Of a stretch of DNA of 64,000 nucleotides, positions 17,782-26,165 are shown piece after piece. The position numbers were made by a program, and so were the translations under genes. Source of the stretch: a virus; the IMG/VR virus record IMGVR_UViG_3300006802_000073, positions 85,081 through 149,080 of that record; one strand, written 5' to 3'. The first letter of the stretch is position 1, and every line of letters starts with the position of its first letter. The notes beneath the pieces were generated by a model that saw only the letters and a list, made by a program, of their open reading frames with translations, had not been told where the DNA came from and did no database searches.

Positions 17782-18944
17782 AATACTTCTCCAATAATTT
17801 TGTGAAGAAACTGCATATCTTTATCTTTGACAAAGTGATTGTTACCAATATACACACCTTTTTTCTGAATAATATCAAGATTGGTAATCTTCTTTGTAGT
17901 TGTTAATGAATAAGATTTTAAGAAAGGTTGTTCCAAAAGATTGCCACTCACAATTGGTCTATACTCAATACCGTTCTTAATGAATACTTGTTTAAGTTTC
18001 TTCATTGTATCTTCTTTTCTACAAATGAAGGGAAAGCAAAAACTACTAGCATAAAAATCTCTCTGGTGTGGATAGAATAATCTATCATAATACTTAATTA
18101 TTTCACAATAATTTTTATAATTTCTTTCACGTTGTTCATTCATGCGATCTAAACGTTTAAGTTGTTCAATACCTAAAACAGCACAGATCTCATGATTTCT
18201 AAAGTTATAACCATCCGTCATAAAAAGAAACTGTTTGTCGATATGTGGATAAGCATTAGCATAAACATCGTACCAAGTTGATTCACGCGCTAATCCATGG
18301 CTACGTTTCATTCTCATGAGATCATAAAGATCTTCATTATTTGTGCATACCATTCCACCTTCAATTGTGGACATATGATGACCAAAATAAAAACTAAATG
18401 TGGCACCTAAACTTTTTGATCCAACTTTTTCTGGAAAATTACTACGTATAATACACCCATGTGATTCACATATATCTTCTAGTATAAGAGCTTTTGGAAA
18501 AATAGTTCTTAATACAGAGCAATCACTAGGAAAACCTAGTAAATGTGTGGTAAAAATTAGTTTAATATCTCGATGAACTTTTTCTATTGCACAAACTTCG
18601 TTATAATCAAAACTAAAATCTTGTAAATTGATATCACAAAAGATAGGTTGTAACCCCAATTGAATAATTGGTGCGACATTAGTCATCCAAGTACATCCGG
18701 GTAGCAAAACTTTATCACCGGGCTGTAACTTAAAATGTTCTTTTACTGCAGCAATGAGAAGAAAGTTTGCTGTACTACCACTTGAAACAAAAAGTGAATG
18801 TTTACACCCTAACCACTCACTCCATTGTTTTTCAAAATCATATACTTTTTTACCATTAGTAAATCTTTTGGTAGTAAGTACGAACTTAGCCATCTTGACT
18901 CTATCCATAAAGGTAATTGTTTCACCCATCAAAGGCCATCTCAT
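17778..18944 (-). CDS. GDP-4-keto-6-deoxymannose 3-dehydratase (ColD-like, DegT family)
   Basis: SSGSTAN, EDICESHG, SFYFGHHMSTIEGG (His for Lys), RSHG, GYNFR, RPIVSGN; follows gmd and fcl-like genes. Confidence 0.75.
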   Translation of the reverse strand: MRWPLMGETITFMDRVKMAKFVLTTKRFTNGKKVYDFEKQWSEWLGCKHSLFVSSGSTANFLLIAAVKEHFKLQPGDKVLLPGCTWMTNVAPIIQLGLQPIFCDINLQDFSFDYNEVCAIEKVHRDIKLIFTTHLLGFPSDCSVLRTIFPKALILEDICESHGCIIRSNFPEKVGSKSLGATFSFYFGHHMSTIEGGMVCTNNEDLYDLMRMKRSHGLARESTWYDVYANAYPHIDKQFLFMTDGYNFRNHEICAVLGIEQLKRLDRMNEQRERNYKNYCEIIKYYDRLFYPHQRDFYASSFCFPFICRKEDTMKKLKQVFIKNGIEYRPIVSGNLLEQPFLKSYSLTTTKKITNLDIIQKKGVYIGNNHFVKDKDMQFLHKIIGEVL

Positions 18945-19878
18945 AGAAATCTATCCTTATTAGCAATAAACCAATTTACAGATCTCTCTAATCCTTCTTC
19001 AAATGACACTTTTGGTCTCCACCCAAGAGAAAATAACTTTTCATTGTCAATTTTACGACGAGGAGTACCATTAGGTTTATTGATGTTCCAAAAGATTTCA
19101 CCTTCATAACCAATCTTCTTTTTAATGATATCAGAAAGATCTTTGATAGTAATTTCAACATCACTACCAATGTTAATATGATCGGGTGAATCATAATAAT
19201 TCATAAGAAAAATACAAGCATCTGCTAAATCATCTACATACAAAAATTCTCGCGTAGGTGTTCCATCTCCCCATGCCTCAACTTGTGGTAGATTGTTTAC
19301 TTTAGCATTGTAAAACTTGTTAATCATACCAGGAATTACGTGGCATCTATCAGGGTGAAAATTATCATTAATACATACAGATTAGCAGGCATAACACTGA
19401 TAGCATTGAAACCAAATTGTTTATGATACGCCTGACACATGCGTAGACCTGCAATCTTTGCTAGTGCGTATGGTTCATTAGTAGGTTCTAATGGTGCAGT
19501 GAGTAAATACTCTTCTTTAATAGGTTGTGGTGTGACTTTAGGATAGATACATGCACTACCTAAAAATAATAACTTTTTACAATTTACATGCCAAGCTGCA
19601 TTGATTACATTGTTCTGTATAGCAAGATTATCGAAGATAAAATCAGCTGGATGAGTGGCATTGTAGTTAATGCCACCTACTTTAGCTGCAGCTAAGAAAA
19701 CATAATCGGGTTTTTCTTTTTCAAAAAATTGATTAACTGCTGTTTGGAATCTAAGATCTACTTTTTCTTTATCCACCACTAGTATATTACTATAACCTAG
19801 TTCAGTTAGACGTCTAACTAATGAAGATCCAACTAAACCTCTATGTCCTGCAACAAAAATTTTCTCATGTTTATTCAT
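18941..19878 (-). pseudogene. fcl: GDP-L-fucose synthase/ColC-like reductase split by a 1-nt frameshift near 19374
   Basis: [34 protein letters not shown] then WGDGTPTREFLYVDD; adding one G restores NLYGINDNF..HVIPGM. Confidence 0.85.
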
Positions 19879-20887
19879 TGCACATCTCATTCACTAATTT
19901 TTCAAATGTATATTCAGGTTTCCATCCCAATACATCTCTTGCTTTTGTGGCATCACCTAATAAAGAATCTACTTCTGATGGTCGAAAATATCTCGGATCA
20001 ACTCTAATTACTGGTTGACCAGTAAAACGATCATAACCCACTTCGTTTTCACTCTCGCCCTCCCAATATATACTCATTTTGAAATGAGGAGCACACTCTT
20101 CAATAAATTCTTTAACTGAATACTGCTCCCCTGTTGCAATAACATAATCATCAGGTGTTTCTTGTTGCATCATTAACCACATTGCTCTAGCATAGTCTTT
20201 TGCATGTCCCCAATCACGCTTTGCATTTAAATTGCCCAAATATAATACATCTTGTTTACCCTTACAGATATTTCTTAATCCATCTACAATCTTCTTAGTC
20301 ACAAAATTATGTCCACGGCGAGGTGACTCATGGTTGAAAAGTATACCAGTACAAGCAAACATATTATATGCTTCTCGGTAATTTTTTACTATCCAATATC
20401 CATATAGTTTCGCCACTCCATAGGGGGAACGAGGATAGAACGGAGTAGTTTCTTTTTGAGGAGTCTCTTGCACCAATCCATATAGTTCAGATGTCGATGC
20501 TTGATAAATTTTTGTTACTTTTTCTAATTTTAGAAATCTAACTGCTTCTAATATTCTCAATGTCCCTACAGCATCAACTTGAGCTGTATATTCAGGTATC
20601 TCAAAGGAGACTTTAACATGACTCTGAGCCGCTAAATTGTATATCTCATTAGGACATACTTTTTGAATAATAGAAGTTAGAGAAAGAGAATCAGTAACAT
20701 CACCATAATGTAATTTTAGATTTGGATGCTCATATACATGATCAATTCTACTTGTATTAATAGAAGAACTACGGCGAATTATACCATGTACTTCATAATT
20801 TTTTTCAAGTAAAAGTTCTGCTAGATAAGATCCATCTTGACCTGTAATACCTGTAATTAAAGCAACTTTCTTCATTATATTTTCCAC
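19871..20887 (-). CDS. gmd: GDP-mannose 4,6-dehydratase
   Basis: [43 protein letters not shown]. Confidence 0.97.
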   Translation of the reverse strand: MENIMKKVALITGITGQDGSYLAELLLEKNYEVHGIIRRSSSINTSRIDHVYEHPNLKLHYGDVTDSLSLTSIIQKVCPNEIYNLAAQSHVKVSFEIPEYTAQVDAVGTLRILEAVRFLKLEKVTKIYQASTSELYGLVQETPQKETTPFYPRSPYGVAKLYGYWIVKNYREAYNMFACTGILFNHESPRRGHNFVTKKIVDGLRNICKGKQDVLYLGNLNAKRDWGHAKDYARAMWLMMQQETPDDYVIATGEQYSVKEFIEECAPHFKMSIYWEGESENEVGYDRFTGQPVIRVDPRYFRPSEVDSLLGDATKARDVLGWKPEYTFEKLVNEMCNE

Positions 20888-20903
20888 ATTGTTTTTATAT
20901 AAT

Positions 20904-20933
20904 AAAGGAAGCGGGCTTAAGCCCGCTTCCTTT
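20904..20933. terminator. Perfect 30-bp palindrome, likely terminator after the cobS-like gene
   Basis: AAAGGAAGCGGGCTTAAGCCCGCTTCCTTT. Confidence 0.7.
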
Positions 20934-20947
20934 AACTTCCTTGTTAT

Positions 20948-22114
20948 TTATACTGCAGTATTTTCAGGTGTTACTTCTTGTTGTGGTTGTTCTTGAATAG
21001 GTTGTGTTTCAGTATCAATTTTAGAATAAAGATCTAAAAAAGCACCTTTAGTTTCTTCATCGAACCTATTGATACAAAGTTGAATTGCTTTCTGTTTATC
21101 TTTAAACATGCTATAGGCTTTAACAATATGAACTAGACGACGAGTAGAAATGAGTTCATCGATAGCACCTTCTTGGAAGGTTTTGCGAATGATATCTGCC
21201 CATGTTACCAGTTTATCTGCAAAACTTTCATCTGTGCAATTATGTACATCCATATTATTAATAATAATCTTTTTTTCTACTGATGAAGAAGGATATTCTT
21301 GTTCAATTGTAATGGGAAACCGTTCTAGAAATGCTTCATCGAGAATCTGAGCAGCAATAAACTTTCCATCTTCAGTACCTCGTCCTTTAGTATTTGCTGT
21401 TGCAATTACATTAAAGCCCCTAGCTGCATGTACAACCTCACCTGTCTTTTTATTGAAATATGGTTTACCTTCTAGAATAGCTTGCAAGCACATTAGTTTA
21501 TTAGATCCACGATCAATTTCATCTAGAATGACTACAGCACCACGTTTCATTGCAGTTAGAAATGGTCCTTCACGATAAACGATATTGCCATCTACAAGAG
21601 TATTTCCACCAATTAGATCATCTTCATCTGTCTCAATTGATACATTGATACGAATACATTCCCTCTTAATACGAGCACAGATTTGCTCAACCATTGTTGT
21701 CTTACCGTTACCAGAAAGTCCAGTGATAAACACGGGATAGAATTCATATGAACGAATAATCGATTCTAGATCCTTGAAAAATCCAAAAGGAACATATGTC
21801 GAATCTTTTTCAGGAACAAGATTGTCTACTTCTGTATGCATACGTTTCTGCCGTAGAGGAACTACTGCCATTGCGGGTTCAGTTTCAATAACTTTTTCTT
21901 CACTCTTGGCCACAGGTGCATTGACGATAAAATTATACAATCCATGACCACTTTTATATGTACCAAAATTAAAGATGAAGAATGGAAAGGGATATTTGTT
22001 TTCTTCAATAAAAGAAAGAATCTGTTTCCTAGTAACAATTGGACCAAACTTCTCAACTAGTTGAGAAATAACTTTCTTTTGTTGCTCAGGAGTATAAAAA
22101 CTAGTGCGTGCCAT
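20948..22114 (-). CDS. cobS: CobS-like/MoxR-type AAA+ ATPase
   Basis: GLSGNGKT, ETDEDDLIGG, LDEID, ATANTKG, LDEAFLERF, ISTRRL. Confidence 0.9.
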   Translation of the reverse strand: MARTSFYTPEQQKKVISQLVEKFGPIVTRKQILSFIEENKYPFPFFIFNFGTYKSGHGLYNFIVNAPVAKSEEKVIETEPAMAVVPLRQKRMHTEVDNLVPEKDSTYVPFGFFKDLESIIRSYEFYPVFITGLSGNGKTTMVEQICARIKRECIRINVSIETDEDDLIGGNTLVDGNIVYREGPFLTAMKRGAVVILDEIDRGSNKLMCLQAILEGKPYFNKKTGEVVHAARGFNVIATANTKGRGTEDGKFIAAQILDEAFLERFPITIEQEYPSSSVEKKIIINNMDVHNCTDESFADKLVTWADIIRKTFQEGAIDELISTRRLVHIVKAYSMFKDKQKAIQLCINRFDEETKGAFLDLYSKIDTETQPIQEQPQQEVTPENTAV

Positions 22115-22146
22115 AATGTATATCCCTTCTTCAATGTTAAAAATAT

Positions 22147-22177
22147 ATTATAATATAACTAGAATCAGATGTCAAGC
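22147..22177 (-). promoter_or_regulatory. Early sigma70-type promoter
   Basis: GCTTGACA-N17-TATAAT. Confidence 0.7.
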
Positions 22178-22183
22178 AAAATC

Positions 22184-24247
22184 TTAGGAGATAATCTCAG
22201 CAAATCTGTTAAGAAACATACGATTAAAATTCTTTTTATTTCTGTTGAGAATAAATGCCTTTTTCAATTCATTCTTAGATGCTTTTTCAGATACCTCTAT
22301 ACCATCATCATTAATTTCTAGATCCTTTCCACCTGTAAGAATAAAGAAACTATCATAACCTCCACCATTGATCTCATAATATTTTTGTTTTCTAAATTTC
22401 TTAAAATTTTCTTCTGTAAGAAGTTTAGAACTATAAATTGAGATATATTTATGGATCTTAGATCTTGTATTACCTGCCAAGAAGAATCCAACAACATTAG
22501 AATCGGTTAACTGTTTAAATAGTTGAAGTAAAGCACACGTAAGAGGTTGCTTACTATGTGATAGCCCTTGTAGTTTAGTTTCTGGATCAGTGATTATACG
22601 AGTTGAAGAATATCTAGGCAGATATGTTGCCCCGTTATTGTTTATAACATTATATGATGTGCAACCATCAGACTCTCCATCTGAAAGAAAGATAGTATTC
22701 ACAATATCAAGTTTATTAACTTTTTTAAATTCTTTTACCAGAGGAATAGCGGCGATAATAGCTTCATCCAAAGGAGTAGAATTTAGTTTTTCTGAATAAG
22801 GCATTACAAATTTATTGTTATATGTATAGGATTCAGCAATAAGTAGAAGAACTTTCAACGCATGTTTAAATTCACGGCTAGACATTCTTGAATTAATATA
22901 CTCACGTAGTCTAAATCCTCGTTCTGGGAAGATAGGATTACCATCTTCTACATTAGGGAATAATGGAATTTTTTGTTCTTCTGCTACTGTGGGGATTTCC
23001 TTATATAGGTCTGCGGCATTAGTAAACGAGTAAACATGAAAGGGGATATTAATTTTTCTGCAGAACATTGCTAATAGAATAGTTTGTTCTATTGTTGCCT
23101 TAAAATGATCATGCATTGACATAGAAAAATCAATAAACATAATCAACCCATGATTTTTACCATTAGGGATGATAGTCATGCGTTTAAAGAGATCATCAGC
23201 AATTTTATATGAAAAAAGTTTCTTGGTATCAAGCTCACCTGTCTTTGATACTGCTGCTCTTGCAAATTGCTGAGCATTTTTCCTCAACTCAAATTCCTTG
23301 ACCATATAAGCAACATATTTCTCATTTTTCTTTTTAAACTCTGAAAATAGTTTGTTTCTTTCTACTTCGATATCGGAAAGAATTGCGAGATCATAGTTTT
23401 TGTAGACATCATAATAACTTTGAGCAATATTCTTATATACTGTTTTATAGCCAATAATTCGAGGTCTCCAATTCATCTTAGGTAAAGTAAGATAAATAGT
23501 ATCTTCAGAAGATTCTTCTCTCAGATCACTCTCACGATTTCTAAATTCTTGATCCGTGATAGATATAGGATCTATTTCTTCATCTACTTCTTCATCTACT
23601 TCTTCATAATAATCTGAATCAGCATCTTCTCCATCCTGATCCATCATCTCATCCATGATATCAAAGTGGAGAAGATTAGATTCAGTCTTTTTCGCATAAT
23701 CATATATCTCAGTAGATACTTTCTCTACATCACTCCACGTCTGACAAGTATCAACCTTATCTACATAATATTGTTCTGCTGTATTGAATTTTAGATTGAG
23801 AATAGAACCAAGTTTAAAATGAAGATTGATTCTATCAATCAAAGGCAACTTCTCTACATCTAGATTATATTTTTTCACTCCAAAGAAATCATTATCAAAT
23901 AGAATTCTATATGCGGAGTAAAAGGATTTACGAAGCCCAGGAAATTTTCCTCTAATCATCCTCTCAATTCGAGCATCCTCAACTACATTTAGATAGGTTT
24001 TAAATCCCTTTGAATTCTTCTTATCAATGGCATTATGCCACCCTTCAGCAGGAGTAAAGAGAGCATGTCCGACTTCATGCCCCATTAGAAGATCATATAC
24101 ATCTGCAGTCATGTCTTTCCATATAGGGCAGACAAGTGTTCTATTCTTCAACTCAAAGTAGGCAGTTGAGACATTCTTATGTTGCACATTAATATCTTCT
24201 TCAGCAAGAAGCTTTGCTAGAATTGACTTTGATTGGGATAAAATCAC
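22184..24247 (-). CDS. CobT-like protein: HEXXH metallopeptidase-like domain plus vWA (MIDAS) domain
   Basis: HEVGHAL, NVVEDARIE, DFSMSM, STPL, LSDGE; adjacent to cobS-like gene. Confidence 0.8.
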   Translation of the reverse strand: MILSQSKSILAKLLAEEDINVQHKNVSTAYFELKNRTLVCPIWKDMTADVYDLLMGHEVGHALFTPAEGWHNAIDKKNSKGFKTYLNVVEDARIERMIRGKFPGLRKSFYSAYRILFDNDFFGVKKYNLDVEKLPLIDRINLHFKLGSILNLKFNTAEQYYVDKVDTCQTWSDVEKVSTEIYDYAKKTESNLLHFDIMDEMMDQDGEDADSDYYEEVDEEVDEEIDPISITDQEFRNRESDLREESSEDTIYLTLPKMNWRPRIIGYKTVYKNIAQSYYDVYKNYDLAILSDIEVERNKLFSEFKKKNEKYVAYMVKEFELRKNAQQFARAAVSKTGELDTKKLFSYKIADDLFKRMTIIPNGKNHGLIMFIDFSMSMHDHFKATIEQTILLAMFCRKINIPFHVYSFTNAADLYKEIPTVAEEQKIPLFPNVEDGNPIFPERGFRLREYINSRMSSREFKHALKVLLLIAESYTYNNKFVMPYSEKLNSTPLDEAIIAAIPLVKEFKKVNKLDIVNTIFLSDGESDGCTSYNVINNNGATYLPRYSSTRIITDPETKLQGLSHSKQPLTCALLQLFKQLTDSNVVGFFLAGNTRSKIHKYISIYSSKLLTEENFKKFRKQKYYEINGGGYDSFFILTGGKDLEINDDGIEVSEKASKNELKKAFILNRNKKNFNRMFLNRFAEIIS

Positions 24248-24272
24248 TCTTAACTCCTTAACAATTTTTTAT

Positions 24273-24303
24273 ATTATAAATGCTACAAGAGAAGATGTCA
24301 AGC
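24273..24303 (-). promoter_or_regulatory. Early sigma70-type promoter
   Basis: GCTTGACA-N17-TATAAT. Confidence 0.7.
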
Positions 24304-24309
24304 AGCATT

Positions 24310-24513
24310 TTAAACTTTTCCTGTTACATGAGTTCTCTGAAAACAAGCTGGGCATTCGATATAGTATACTATATCACCGCGCAAATCGAAGTCATATTCT
24401 CTATATTCATGTACATCTTCAGATGTATATTCTAGAGTGTTATTACAACAATGGCATATAGTTTCTTTAACTAGATTTTTTTGTAACTTACGCTCAATTA
24501 CTTTTATTACCAT
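24310..24513 (-). CDS. Small zinc-ribbon hypothetical protein
   Basis: CHCC...CPAC; start refined to MVIKV after the upstream stop. Confidence 0.6.
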   Translation of the reverse strand: MVIKVIERKLQKNLVKETICHCCNNTLEYTSEDVHEYREYDFDLRGDIVYYIECPACFQRTHVTGKV

Positions 24514-24517
24514 TACA

Positions 24518-25444
24518 TTAAGCTCCTTGGGTGAGAATATATTTTGCAAGAGACTTCCAATCTCCACCCCGCGAACGAATTTTAACTGTCGCAATCAACG
24601 ACCGCAGAGACAAATTGCTAATCTCTTTGAGACACATCTTGATGAATGCGATAGATTCAATCTTTTGTTCCATCGAATATTCTGGCAGAAACTCCTTGTC
24701 CTCGATGATCTTCTCCATCCGCTCAACCTTCTGCTCTTCTGTCATCGATACATCCACGCAAAGAGCGCGGGAACGAACTGCCTGATCGATTGAGTCCAGA
24801 TCCATATTAGAGATAAAGATAACAGAGCCCGTGAACTTGAATGAACGAGGAAGATCTTCATCTCGAATGTCAGCATTCCAGCTGATATAACGCTCCGAGT
24901 AAGAATCAAGAGCACCCTTAAGCAAATTCAATGCAACAGGATCCTTAAGAACACTGTCGCAATCATCAAACACCAGCACCATACCGTTACCCTCAAACAG
25001 GGTTCGATACAAACCTTTAGCAGTCGAAAATCCCTTGATGATGCGATAGGAATTTGACGATTGAACCTTGGCACCGACCTCGAACGATGCGAGTTCAGTC
25101 ACGTTCTGCATACCAGACTCTTCGAGAGCCTTCAGCACCGAATGCGTCTTACCCAAACCACCTTGACCTGTAATTACGGCAGAGGCGATGGTCTTGCTTG
25201 ATACCATATCGACCATTTTACCAACAAAGTCGAACCGCTTATTAATGCCAAATTCATCTGCTTTCTTCTGCTGCTCTGCTATCGAAGGTGCAGATGCGAG
25301 AGTGTAACCCATCGAAGCAATACGCATGACCAGATAGTCCTGATTCCTCGACTTTGCAATGATCTTAGAACCGACAATAGCAGTATACTTGTTCAGTGAC
25401 TTGCTAAAAACGATCTTCGCTGCTTGCATATTTTCCCTCATCAA
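24518..25444 (-). CDS. P-loop AAA-type ATPase
   Basis: Walker A GQGGLGKT, Walker B LVFDDCD, LLKGALD, IFISN, AVRSR. Confidence 0.8.
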   Translation of the reverse strand: MMRENMQAAKIVFSKSLNKYTAIVGSKIIAKSRNQDYLVMRIASMGYTLASAPSIAEQQKKADEFGINKRFDFVGKMVDMVSSKTIASAVITGQGGLGKTHSVLKALEESGMQNVTELASFEVGAKVQSSNSYRIIKGFSTAKGLYRTLFEGNGMVLVFDDCDSVLKDPVALNLLKGALDSYSERYISWNADIRDEDLPRSFKFTGSVIFISNMDLDSIDQAVRSRALCVDVSMTEEQKVERMEKIIEDKEFLPEYSMEQKIESIAFIKMCLKEISNLSLRSLIATVKIRSRGGDWKSLAKYILTQGA

Positions 25445-25463
25445 TTAATCAACGTATACTGAG

Positions 25464-25493
25464 ATTATACAGAGTCTGAACTAATTGTCAAGC
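25464..25493 (-). promoter_or_regulatory. Early sigma70-type promoter
   Basis: GCTTGACA-N16-TATAAT. Confidence 0.65.
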
Positions 25494-25496
25494 AGT

Positions 25497-25757
25497 TTAA
25501 AGAAGATTTAATGCCTCTTGTAACTCATTGAAATCTTTAAAGATTTTATTACCATGAAGATTTGTTCGTAGAATCATGAAGTTACGATTGTAAATTTCTA
25601 CTGTAGCATCAAGGGTTCTTGCACGTCCGAATGTAACACTAAGATATTGTTTACCTTTTTTATTTGTATGCTTACCCATCAGAACACCATATGGGGCAGT
25701 GAAATCTTGAGTCATTGCCCAATCGTAAATAACTTGTTGAATTTCAACACTTTTCAT
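25497..25757 (-). CDS. Hypothetical protein
   Basis: Codirectional ORF filling the gap; start refined to MKSVE. Confidence 0.55.
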   Translation of the reverse strand: MKSVEIQQVIYDWAMTQDFTAPYGVLMGKHTNKKGKQYLSVTFGRARTLDATVEIYNRNFMILRTNLHGNKIFKDFNELQEALNLL

Positions 25758-25779
25758 AATATACTTTATAATCAATGAG

Positions 25780-26115
25780 TTATCGTTGATAGCAAATTCG
25801 TTCGCGGGAAACATTACCATCTTGATCGATTTTTTCTATCCAAGAATCACAAACTACTTGATTTTCCGGTACTTTTTCCACGTATATAGTGGAAGGTTGT
25901 ATATACTGTCTCTGAGTATACACTACCGCACCACCGATTATAGCACCAGCAACCATAGGACCTATCCATTTGTAATGATGACCATGATGATGACCATGAT
26001 GATGACCATGATGATGACCATGGTTATATCTATGATAATTATGTCCTCGATGTTGTGCGTTTACAACACCTGCTGCCAACATCAATGCAACAAAAAGAGT
26101 CTTTTTCATGTACAT
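25780..26115 (-). CDS. Putative exported/membrane His-Gly-rich small protein
   Basis: Signal peptide MKKTLFVALMLAAGVVNA, His-Gly repeat, glycine-zipper-like AGAIIGG, C-terminal Cys pair. Confidence 0.7.
   Translation of the reverse strand: MYMKKTLFVALMLAAGVVNAQHRGHNYHRYNHGHHHGHHHGHHHGHHYKWIGPMVAGAIIGGAVVYTQRQYIQPSTIYVEKVPENQVVCDSWIEKIDQDGNVSRERICYQR
25975..26022. repeat. 12-bp tandem repeat x4 (encodes HGHH)
   Basis: ATGATGACCATG repeated four times. Confidence 0.9.
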
Positions 26116-26135
26116 CTCCTAACGAGTGAACGAAT

Positions 26136-26165
26136 ATTATACATGTATTAAGAGGAATGTCAAGC
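26136..26165 (-). promoter_or_regulatory. Early sigma70-type promoter
   Basis: GCTTGACA-N16-TATAAT. Confidence 0.65.

Noticed and set aside
20405-20425. GGAGTGGCGAAA in gmd (and GTGGCGGAAG near 53846-53856) resembling the GVAE repeat
   Set aside because: Short partial matches; the gmd one encodes the conserved YGVAK motif, so probably chance
20948-22114. cobS as evidence of cobalamin synthesis
   Set aside because: No cobN or other cob genes; this AAA+ family is common in T4-like phages
23575-23610. Short EEVD tandem repeat in the CobT-like gene
   Set aside because: Ordinary acidic low-complexity linker
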